NCBI GenBank assembly: GCA_044892525.1
Contig: CM097885.1
Span: forward strand, 121,892,001 to 121,956,000
Length of the DNA: 64,000 nt
Origin: Schmidtea polychroa
Lineage: Eukaryota
Reading direction: 5' to 3'
The position numbers and the translations under genes are program-made. Below, piece after piece: positions 25,318 to 36,597 of the stretch (its first letter is position 1; each line of letters starts with the position of its first letter). The notes under the pieces were generated by a model. It was not told where the DNA came from. It saw only the letters and a list, made by a program, of their open reading frames with translations, and did no database searches.

Positions 25318-26025
25318 TGACAATATTTTTATAATTCAATAAAAACTGTAAATGTTATTAGTTTATTGCATTTATAATTAGCATAATTTTACATACATTC
25401 ACCCCAGCTGTCCCGAGACAGTTTATTTACTGGTGACTCGGCTGGGGTCTTCAAATTTCCTTGGTATACACACACATCTACAAACATAGATACAAATGTA
25501 AGCAAATATAAACATTACAACATAAAGAATAATAATTAGCATGAAATTTAAAATAATAACTTAGAAATAAATTGATATTATAAATAATATGTAAACATCT
25601 GTCAGAATATATTAAAAAATATAATGTGCGTATAGGCCGGAAATAAAATAATTTTTTTATTAAAATTTCTATAACATAAAGTAGTATAAATTCCTTGGTA
25701 AAATTTAGTTCATTCCCCCAAAATTCTAGCGTTTAAAAATTATTTTAAGGTAAATCCTGAGAATAGCATTACAAGACAAAAACGATTCAAAGCTGACTAG
25801 ACATACTAAGACATAGCACGCACTACACAACATAAAACAAAAAAAACATAGTCATACACGCATTTTGAAGGTAAATGGAAGAAGCAATTGAAAAAGAAAC
25901 CATCCAATTGTTAATTTTTATACTTGGCAAATTTTGTTGTTTCAATAAAAATTTATAGAGTCATATTCTCTTTATTTACCTAAGAACCAGTAAAATTGAG
26001 CTTCTCAAATATTGAGACCTCAACA
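25318..26025 (-). mobile_element. Solo LTR-like element
   Basis: TG...CA ends; flanks GTACG and ATACG (4/5 identical); right end GAGACCTCAACA; homologous to 23613-24754. Confidence 0.6.
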
Positions 26026-26801
26026 ATACGTATGCGTTAGAAGGTTATTGGCAGCCACCAAAATTAATGGATATGTTATTACGTTTGCTGGCTAATATAA
26101 TGAATAAGTCTCACTCTGCGAATTATTAATGATAATAAATAACTGCATAACATGCGTATGGATGAGAGATAAGTGATAAGAAATGGATCTCGAATAATTA
26201 TCCACTTCCAATCCACCTACGACTATCAAACTGAGAAAGATTACCAAGCATAATAATGTTGGGTGTACGTGGGGAAAATGGATAACTATTACTAATATGC
26301 ACACAACCTCTCATCATTCCGCTCAGACGCTTCCCTCGTACACGCCCCATGATCATGCAAATATTCCCACGTATGAGCCCGTAGTGATGTTCTACGTTGG
26401 TGCTGCCCACACGGGTCGGAAGAAGCTAGCAGGTGAGCCTCTATCTTAAGACTACTCCTAACTCCCTCTCAGTTCAGGTTCTATGGTGCCTTAGAAGGAC
26501 TTACCCGTTCCTACGTTTGCAATCGGCCCGACATTGGTCCAAGAGGACGGCCTTCATTCAAGGTTGCTGTTCCAGTCTAGCAATTCAGTTGTACATTTCA
26601 CTCATCATTCCCATCATTCAACTAACAAATAAAGGAAAAATAAAATTTTGTATTACATCCAAAAATTATCGAGACCGAAAAATCGTACATCAACATGCAA
26701 TAAACATTTAATTTCACAATACCAACGAATTGTTAGCTACAGAGGTGTTGGTCAAAGGTCTTTCCGAAGTGAGAGATGAATCCCATCGTCGGGGCGGAAA
26801 T

Positions 26802-27563
26802 TCAGAACGCATCTCCATCGGCGAATACTTCGTCTATATCTACGGGCAATCTGTGATCCACCAGATACTTAATGCCCTCGGCTGGAACCACTTTGAATAT
26901 CTCCTTGGCCGGAATTACGTGGGTGGCTGAAATATCCTTAATTGTGGACTGGGCCATGGATAGAGAAGCTTCTAGCGCCGCCATGGCGTTCCTGCGTTTC
27001 TGGTTTTTCTCCGAGCGTGTTAATCTGTTGCGTTTTCGACGTGGCTTGATAATATCTACTGGACCCTGTGACATAGGTTGAGGTACTAGAATCGGAGCCA
27101 AGATAGGGTCCGATGAGCCTCCTGCCATGGGTCTATAGTCCGAGAGAATTGGAGCGGGAATTGGTGGCAGATGCGGCCCATGCCCCTTACAACCAGTTGT
27201 GGTTGACTGTGCCGATTGGTGGTGGATCGGGAACACATTAGTCCCGTCTTGCACTGGATACTCGCGAACTCGTTTCGCTATTTCTGATTCCGAGTAAACT
27301 TTATGGAGTGCCTCTGATTGGGCTTTTATGGTTAGCCTCTGGCACCGACTTTCTTCTAGGAGACTGTCTCGGCAGTGCTGCAGACGCAATATCTTGCTCT
27401 TTTCCTCTTTCATTTGTGGCGGGGAGAACCACGTGCCTTCATAATGATCGATTCTTTTCTTTAGTGCCCCGATGTAGAGGTGAAGCTGCGCGATGTCAGC
27501 ATTTTTGTCCGCGCAGGAAAAGCAAGGACGAAGAATTTTCTCGGTATTGATTGGGGTAGTCAT
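26802..27563 (-). CDS. Orphan 253-aa protein (CxxC, predicted coiled coil, Pro-rich linker, basic NLS-like tract) inside LTR-like element B
   Basis: Intact ORF with its ATG directly after TTTAG. The core is conserved with copy A through mostly synonymous changes. ATTAAA lies downstream at 26712-26707. Confidence 0.75.
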   Translation of the reverse strand: MTTPINTEKILRPCFSCADKNADIAQLHLYIGALKKRIDHYEGTWFSPPQMKEEKSKILRLQHCRDSLLEESRCQRLTIKAQSEALHKVYSESEIAKRVREYPVQDGTNVFPIHHQSAQSTTTGCKGHGPHLPPIPAPILSDYRPMAGGSSDPILAPILVPQPMSQGPVDIIKPRRKRNRLTRSEKNQKRRNAMAALEASLSMAQSTIKDISATHVIPAKEIFKVVPAEGIKYLVDHRLPVDIDEVFADGDAF

Positions 27564-29871
27564 CTAAAGATTAAAGATATTACATTTGCTTTTCGCCTTT
27601 AGTTGATCGACGATCACATTTGTGCGACGCGAGTTTTACCACCCACATCCCTCATGAATTGAACTTAAAAGAAAAATTATCTCACACATACCTTCAACAT
27701 TCGTCCATAAACTCATGCATGCCACAAATCATTCACGATAATTCGCACAAATCTCTTTAACTTATTTGAAAGAAAATGAGAATAGTCACCTTAAATTTAC
27801 TCGTCTATGTCAATCTTGTCGATTTTGGTTAAATATATTATTACCGTTTCGCAATTATTATTTTAGTATTATTAATCTGGTTTATTAAATTACCTAATTA
27901 TTTTCTTTGTATTATGTCTCACCCGTTATCAAAAATTATGTGTTATGGAATTAATAGGACAAGATAATCCGATTTAGGTTCCTGACTGTATACAAAATCG
28001 ATCGATTAAACATATAGATCATAATTACTAATTTCACCCATTATTATTTTCAAGTTTTTGTTTTTAAATCTCTCTGGTAATGGTCGTCATGACGATGTAG
28101 ACTAGTGAGTGTGTGTACCAGAATATGTTTATCTGCTTACATTGCGAATGCCGTGTGAAAATGTTATGTCACTATATGAAAATTCTGCCTGCTCATTGGT
28201 TTCCACACACAACTCTACTATCACAGGTGAGGTCTGTTTTATTATGCAACTATGGCGTCATACAAAACTCTCCCGTTTGGATTTAATGTCATCTTTACTG
28301 GAACGAATTTCTCTACCGGGTGTGCATGCATATGTTCTGTGACGTTATCGATGGGAAGTTCTATTAGAGTTTTCATGAGTGCATGCCTTACGTACGTGGG
28401 TGTCTGATTCAGAGAGCTGCATGAACTGAAGCTAATCCTCTATTCTCCATTATGTTGTCAACTCAAGATAACAGCTGTCGACGCGTTTAATGAGCTAATC
28501 GTGGGGGAAATTATTACATTATCTCGGTTTTCTAAGATTGGTCGAGTCATAATCGGATAGCTTTTATCCAGCTGAAAATTTTGGTCGACAACCAACTGCT
28601 AATGCTGATAGCGCTTTCGCTCATATTGACCGTAAGTAACTGATAATGACTACTGATGTTGTTTACATTATTTTCAGGGAATCGAAGCTTATCAGTAGCC
28701 TAAAAATCAACAATCCAACTCAAAAAGTGCATCGGCACTGGGTTTTATCGCTAACGCTCTGGCGACCTAAATCTCCCTAAGAAAACCTAGCGATCGTTCA
28801 TACGCTTCTATTTGGAATTTGTGCTAAAACCGAAGATTATTATCTATGACTGTGCAACTTACTATGACGAAAAAAAAATGCTGAGGAAGTAATTATGTCC
28901 AATTTGAGCTTAATGGAATATGATTTCGACCTAAAAGAGTAGATTCGCTTCATCTCAATTGCTCCGAAAAATTCTGTTGGATTTACTATTTTCATTTCTA
29001 ACATCGTGATCTCAATTTCCCTACTGACGGAATATTTTTCTCTGACGATCGCAGACTTCACTCGGTGAAAGAAAACTCCTCAAATCTCTCTTACTTCATA
29101 CTCAGGATGTCCTCACCCCTCCTGACCCACCCAAGAGCGGCATACATTGCTGCCACCACTCTTGGACCGTTAGGAAGGACGATTCCATCTCTCCGCATCT
29201 CAATTTTATTGGTATATCGAATGAACATCAAAATAAATGATATAATGCATTTGAATGAATTAAAATTTCACTGAAATCATAAAAATTATATACCTGGCGA
29301 CCACGCCGTCTGAATCTCGAACATGATGCTATACTATAGTGTTAATGTTACGTTTCTGGTGAACTCTATCGCATTAAAATTCCCGATTCCATTTTCTCGT
29401 TTCAAATCATTCTCATATACTTTTCTGTGAATATTCATCTGAGCCTCCGCATCATATTCGATCTCCAGACAACGCCGTCGTCAGCATCATAGAGAGAGAA
29501 AACCATATTGTGTTTATAACTTTTATTAAGAATAAATTAGTTTTTATTATCCATTTTATATAAAATATCAATAACAAAATACAAACATCCTGCTTACTAT
29601 GATCGTTTCCTCCGAGAGTATTAGAAATGGTTTATGAGTCCTCTTTCGATACACTATTAGTCTAAATAAAATCCGATAGAAATTGAGTCCTGTTGAATAT
29701 TAGCTAAGTGTCTGAAAGTTTAGTTCCTGAAATATTCGTATAGCTGCTTAAGAGTAGTATCTGCAGAGTTTCAGTAGAATAGTTGCGTGGTTCTAAAGTC
29801 CTGTAGAGTATAGCGGTTAAATGGTTAATAAAATAAAGTAATTTTACCTGTAGAGTATAGCGGTTAAATGG

Positions 29872-29918
29872 TACTCTACAGATTTTCTTCGTTGCTTATA
29901 TAGTATTTTCCGTCCAAT
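29872..29918 (-). promoter_or_regulatory. Pol II promoter of copy B (CCAAT box, TATATAA, inferred start near 29872)
   Basis: CCAAT at 29914-29918 and TATATAA at 29902-29896; same layout as copy A. Confidence 0.65.
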
Positions 29919-32900
29919 CAGGACGCGACTAGTGTGTAATATTATTGTTTATTATTATTTTTATGTTTTTAGTGTAATATGTTAGATTTTTACGACTTTT
30001 CTTATTTTTCTTATTATTTTATTTATTTTCCAATTTTTGATTATTTTTCCCTCGCTTTTCTTATGACTTTATTGTTATTCGGTGATAATATAATTTTCTT
30101 TTGTTTTAATTACTTTATATAGACGTTTGCAGATGGTTTTATTCTATTTTATTCTTAGTATCTTTATTTCTTTTCCTTAAATTTATTATTCTATTTCCTT
30201 CTGCTATCATAGATGTTAGGTAATTTTCTTTTCCGTCTTACTTTTCATCTTATTAACTTTATTAATTTATTATTTATATTATTTCCTTTATTTTCCTATT
30301 TTCTTTTATTGTTATCTAATTTTAATTGTTCTTATAGTTATTGTATTTTTTCGGGGAATTTATCCTATCCTTTTTTATTTATCTTTAACCTGGTTTCTAA
30401 TACTCTCGAAGCTTAGCCCAACAATAAGCTGGGCAAACTTGAACGTTTTCTTCGACGGGCCCATCAGGAAGCCCGAATTTCAGGTTGACCAATGAATTTC
30501 TGATTTTATATGGTTAACCACCATATTAGTGTTAGGTGTACATATCATTAAATTCATTTGTAATTCATTCTCGTTTTCAATTCAAATGCATTGATTTCCA
30601 TCGGGTTAATATCGACTAACACTACAACATAAGGGATAAGTTATGGGGAAACATATCTCCTGAGGTTGCGTCATGGGAATATAGAATAATAGGACCTAAC
30701 TGTAGTCGGGCACATGCCTTCTATCGACAGCCCGCGAACCCATCCGAATTCTCGACGGTTATAGTGTCCAGAGGTACACTCCCTTCTCGCGAGTATTCAC
30801 CCATACGACACATTACCAATGTTGATCACTCAACGCGTGTTGGATGGCTAATTGGATGGTCATTGTATTGGATGGTCATTGGATCTTGGATTGAGTTTGA
30901 AATTACACGAACGTGTAAAATGTGTCTTACCTGCGACCCACTACAACGTGACTAAATATCACCGATGTGAAGAAGGTTGAAGGAACAGTCGTGCTTGATG
31001 CTCCCGAGGCCTTATATTTACTTCACACGACCATATCCCTTGTCACCTAAACTCATCATCCGAGTGATTAATAACCCCTTCGAAATTCCAACAACATTCA
31101 TTCATTTTATCATTGATTTTTATTGTTTTTCACTAATTTTTATTTATCTTTGATTTTTACTTAGTTTTTGAAGTCATTTTCTGTAAATAATTTATTTCTA
31201 ACTTCAAGTTTCCTAGTTGCCACAAATTCAAATCTGTTTAACTTTAATATTTCTTTCTATTATTTTTGTTTTTTTCGTGCTAGCCTTTTAGCTCATGTAA
31301 CTTATTTTAATTTACTTTCGTGTTTCGTGATTTTAGTGATGTTCGTTTATTTTATGTTTCTGATTTTTAATCAACTTAATGCTGTCTTCATATTATTTAC
31401 AACGCAATTCGGTCTGACTTTTTTTTTGATCTAACTTAGTTTTGGTCCCACATTTTTAACATCCACCAAGAAAAATAAGTATTTAAAGTGTAAGGAAAAC
31501 TTCATTGGGGAGAAAATGTGAAACATATTAAGTAAATTGGGACCTAAGAAAGATCGTCTCGAAGTGACCTGATTTAGACCAGAATAAGTTCATGACACGA
31601 AAAACAAATAATTAGATTAATCAAGTTCGGGATTATTTCATTATCGAGAGTAGAGCCCAGTGAGTTTTCATTAACTAACAAGGAAAAGCTTTAATGAAAA
31701 TTTATACCCGAGTGAAGTTGAAGAGCAGGATAATTAACTGACCCTTAACAGAAGAGGCAAACTTGATATCAGCCATCACCTCCCAGAAAGAGTTGCATGG
31801 GTAATCACCGAAATGACCCAGTCGTCGACAGCGCAAGTATCAGTTCCGGGAGAAAGTAAAGGTAATAATGGTAAACTCATTAGGACTTGAAGAATCCGGA
31901 AAAGCCGAAGGTAGGGTAAATGTTAACTTTGATGGAACTGTCATAAATCTGATCACTCCTGATGTTAAAGAATACATGGTTTTATAATTTTTATGGAAAC
32001 GAATATTATAACTCGTTTAATCTGAAGTTTTCATAATAAATTTAATTTGCATTGAGTGCACTTCATTTATGTATTATTAAACGTTATCGTTTTAAGTGTA
32101 TTTAAAGTTAAATCGGGCTCAAATGAAAGCAATAAAACATCGTAATCTCGGTCATTGACAATCTTGAGAGTTTACTTTTCAATATAATCAATTTCTTTCC
32201 TCGCCGATCCAAACCAAACTTTCTCCGTATTGGTTTCTTTTATATAGCTATTTACACCAAAAAACATTATTTTCACTAGATTCGATGATTAAAGAAAGGA
32301 TATAATAATAAGAAAACATCTAAATCGTTGACGCATAAATTTAAAATAAACACATCTCAATTTTCCTAATAGCTAAATATTAAGAGATTTTTGCCCACTT
32401 TGTTTATCGTATTTTATATTTATTTTGTATATGTATAAAATGTAACCAAGCTTGGAAAGCCATTAAGATTTGTAATAAACTAATTTCCCGAACAATATAT
32501 GAAAATGGAAGAATTGATAATCTTTAGTTTCTCTTTCCAAATAATCAAAATAACTTTTAATTAAAGAATTTCAACCTCGTTATAAAAGTTCAAATTAATA
32601 ATTTATTTGTTTTCGTTAACAATAAAATAACAAACAAAATGTTCTGTAATATAAACATAATAAAAATATTCACAGCCATCCATTCAATTATGTCCAAGCT
32701 TCGGATATGATGATAAAATGTGATCGGTTTTTCTTTAATTATCAATTTAACTCATGTAAGATCGAGGCGGTAGAGTCTCATCTAAATTAAATAGCAATTT
32801 GATATTGATATTTTAATATGAAATATTGTGAATCTGATTTCAAATCACATTATCAACAAGGACAATCGGAGTTGAAAATGTTAGGTCAGGAAGAAACCGA

Positions 32901-33180
32901 GGGAGAAAAACTCGTATGATTTACAACATAAAAAATTGTATTTCATATTGTCAATAAAATAATTTGGGGTTCATTAGCAAAAATTCGATACTGTAAAGCT
33001 ATTGGTGAAATTTTCATTTCACCCCCCCCCCCCTTTCCTTTCCTTTGAAAAAAACAGTCAATACTTTTATAATGTCTTCAGAACTGAATAAAATTGACCT
33101 ATGCTTACATCCATCCCAACGCAGTCATGCATGGTTAAACCAGCCAATCAGGTAATCCCATATAAAAAAATATGACTTAC

Positions 33181-33902
33181 CATCATAATGGCTATGGGCC
33201 ATAGCTAGTTTCTTATGTTGTCCTTTAGATTTCCGATTACGCATTATTAGAATAATTACCATTATAATAAATATGAGCATTAGAATGGCTGAAATAATAA
33301 TAATTGCAAACAGTGGCATTGGTATATCACCAATACGCCCAGTGCATCTATAATCATTCTCATCAGAGTTATCGTAGCAATTGTCAACGTTGTCACATAC
33401 TAGAGATTCATCAATGCATTTGTAATTACTATTCCAACAACGATATTTAACATCAGGGCAGCTATATGATTGACCAATTACATACGATGACAATGTTATA
33501 AAATAGGCATCATCTGGAGCCGATTCAGTGCCGGGATCATATGTTAACATTATTCGATCTCCAGGTGTCAGAGATTGTACGATGTTACCAACTTTGCTAG
33601 CATAGTTAGTGCAATCGGCTCCAAAAATTAATTTTGGATTTTCTGGTACAACCCATCTTAACTGAATTTCATTGAACATTTGTAATTCATATCTAGTTGT
33701 TTTATAAACTTCGAGTTTAATTGAAGGGCAAACATTGTTAATTTGCATTAAATTTAATTTATTTATTAAAATAGAAAAATAGTATCGATTGTCTATTGGT
33801 CCATAGAAACAAACTTTTTTCCCTTTTTCTTTTGATGATGAAATGCGAACGCCAAGCATGCTTAAAGGATTATCTGGAATACTAAAACAATCGGATGTTG
33901 AT
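33181..33902 (-). CDS. Internal exon of a single-pass membrane protein with an LDL-receptor class A repeat
   Basis: Acceptor TTTTTAG at 33903 and donor GTAAGT at 33180. LDLa motif CPDVKYRCWNSNYKCIDESLVCDNVDNCYDNSDE, then a hydrophobic helix (LFAIIIISAILMLIFIIMVIILIM) and a basic stop-transfer segment. Other exons were not located. Confidence 0.8.
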
Positions 33903-34399
33903 ACTAAAAATTGAAAAAAATTATATGTAATATTATAAAAATGTTACCTATGTCCGTAAGAGCATTTACAGAAAATGTATAATATAAAATTAAACATGAA
34001 ACTATATAGATTTTCATAGTTAATTTTATCGGATTGCTTTAAAAAGTAAATAAGAAGGCAAAATTTAGGAGAAAATATTTTATTAATGGTTAAACAAAAT
34101 GTGTATATAAGAAAAATTTAAAATAATAATAAGAAAAAAATTTAACACCAATTTCTATTTAGGAAATTATTTCAAATAAGAATAAATATAAATTTTAATA
34201 ATTTAAGCATTCAAACAATAAACTCTTCTAAATGAATATATAATTTTTTTTTGCTAAATTACAGTTAACATATAACAGTAAAATCATTAATTTTATTGAT
34301 CACCGTTGGGTTCATTATATTTTATTTAATATTTTCTTTATCTTCATCTTGATAATAGATATTTAATATCTTGTTCAATCAAAAATTTACACTTTCACC

Positions 34400-35520
34400 A
34401 GAAGTTGTCAGGCGCTCTCAATTGTCGGTGTATGCCATCACGGTAAGGTAAATTTGATTTTTGTATTTGTAATGTAAATTTTGCTAAGTGTAATTCTATA
34501 TAATGTTATGAATTAATAAAATTTTAAATTGAAGTTATTTTTCATTAATATTGGTATTTTATTTATTTTGACTCTGTTATAATTTCAGTGATATTTATAG
34601 TTGAATTGGATTTATAATGAATTTATGTGTCGATGCCCCAGATGGGGGGCGAGGTTTGTGGACGGACGGCACCACGTGCTGTTGGTCGACAGATGTTTCG
34701 CCAGTTGGGTCCATCGGGTTAGAGGATATGAACGATTGGAGATAGTAAAGTTAATTTAAGATAGTTTAGGGCCTTGTTTAGATTTAGATAGTATAAGACG
34801 GCTCAGTCACTTTTATTTTCATAGATATCACTGAGTTAGGAGTAATAATAGGATATTAAGGACCAGTTGACAGCAGATAAAGTAGGTTTAGACAATCTTA
34901 TAGAAACCACGAATGATTTAGACATCTGATAGTTCAGGATTAGCAATACAGACAGATCCCTGTTCAAACTTTTATAAGAAGTGTGGAAACATGTTTATTA
35001 ACTTGGAAATAAGGGCAGATGCCTGCTCGAATTTTTAAAAAAATTAAGTTACATTTTTCACATGAATCGCTGAAAATATGGAACGACATTTATTGAATGG
35101 GAAATAAATTATCGACAAGTATTATAGAAAACACATAATTATTTATGACGGAAAAATAAGGACGCATACCTTCACAAAATTTCGAAAGAGAACAATAGAA
35201 AACATACAGAATTGAGGACCATACCTGAATAAAATAGAAAATTGGAAAGTAGAAATAGAAAATGACTAATCACGTAAGACTTTCTATAGGCCGTCTAAAA
35301 CCCGAAAAGAAAATACAATGGGGAGTAGTTTTAGCAATAGACCTCACCTGGTCATTGCTTTTTGCCTTTGTGTACAGTACCAACATGGTCGACGCCATGG
35401 GTACACAAATGGTTTAAAGTGCAATAGTCATGGAGGTGCTTAGGAAAGAGTTGAGTGAATACCGACGATCACCCTTAACGTATTTAAAATTTAGAATGAC
35501 ACACCCCTAAGCAACCAACA
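34400..35520. mobile_element. Inverted copy of LTR-like repeat X
   Basis: The reverse complement aligns by eye with 16538-17690 and ends CCAACA at 35520. Confidence 0.75.
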
Positions 35521-35799
35521 GTATGCTATTGTCCGACACATTCAGATCACATTACTTTGCAGTTGGCCTAAATTCAGTTTTTGACCAACATTGCTACTAG
35601 TTAACAATCAGTGAAATAACTCTAGAGATAACAGTAAAAACGAATGTAATGATTTCCATTGAGAGATGACCAACAAATAGGAAAATGTAGGAGTAGTCAG
35701 GGTAGAAAAAATGTTTGATAAAGGTGCCTAAATCCAGTCATAAATTTATGATCCGCGCAAATACGACTAGAGATATAATATTATAAGAAATACATTAAT

Positions 35800-36330
35800 A
35801 AAGTATTAATAAACTAAGCCATCTCCTGCACATTCGCGTTTTAATGCAGATTCGGATGCTCCTAAACTTTGTTTGGATAAAGTACTGTAATACTGTAGTA
35901 TAAGTGATTTCTGATGTGGTAGTAATAAATTTTCTTGCTGTTCAAATAATTGTGTCATATGGTAATCCATCTTGATTTGTTAAATGTCTGACTATTGTTC
36001 AGTGTTCCAATGTTTCATAGGAATGTAGTAAAAATTGTTCAGCGGATTTTTTTTGTTTTTAAGGAGCAAAAAGTAAGTCCTTCTTTTTGTGGTCATGGTT
36101 TAAGGTTAACATTGGTGGATCAGTCCGAATGAGAGGGATCTCCTCTGTTAGTATAAGTAGCCCCTGCATACAGTAGCGACGTGTCTCACCCAAACGGAGT
36201 TTTAGGCGTTTACTAGTTGAAGGAATGATAATATCCCATCCATATATCTTTCTGATTTTGTCATCGTGAGGTTTAGCTAAGTCTTGATAAGTAAACCACC
36301 GCTGGAAAACCGACACCTCCATGAATCGAT
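35800..36330 (-). mobile_element. Probable degenerate Gypsy pol remnant
   Basis: Fragmented frames with weak RNase H-like (LIRTD) and integrase-zinc-finger-like segments; no intact motif. Confidence 0.3.
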
Positions 36331-36597
36331 ACAACTGAAGTAGTTAATTAAAAGGACAAAATGATAAGTAACGTGTACTCAAATATTTTTATTAAATATT
36401 TTTTTCTGATAATTTTTTTTTGAAATAGGCATTTATTATTTTATTATGCATATGCATTTTTGGATTTTTCGGGAAATTGGTATTTGTTTATATATTCATT
36501 AGACAATTATATGAAGATTTAAATATTTTTAATATTTCAAATTACATTGTAAATCATTACAAATTCGAATTTTAGATGTTATAGTATCTAAATAAAT

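Larger units (their letters stand above)
26257..30423 (-). mobile_element. Giant (4167-bp) solo-LTR-like element, copy B, complete
   Basis: Termini TGTTGGG / CCCAACA (7-bp inverted) and 4-bp TSD ATAA at 26253-26256 and 30424-30427. Contains an internal promoter and ORF, and no RT, integrase or transposase motifs. Confidence 0.85.

Noticed and set aside
32818-32919. Short plus-strand exon-like frame MKYCESDF...
   Set aside because: 33 codons, with no partner exons or motif found.
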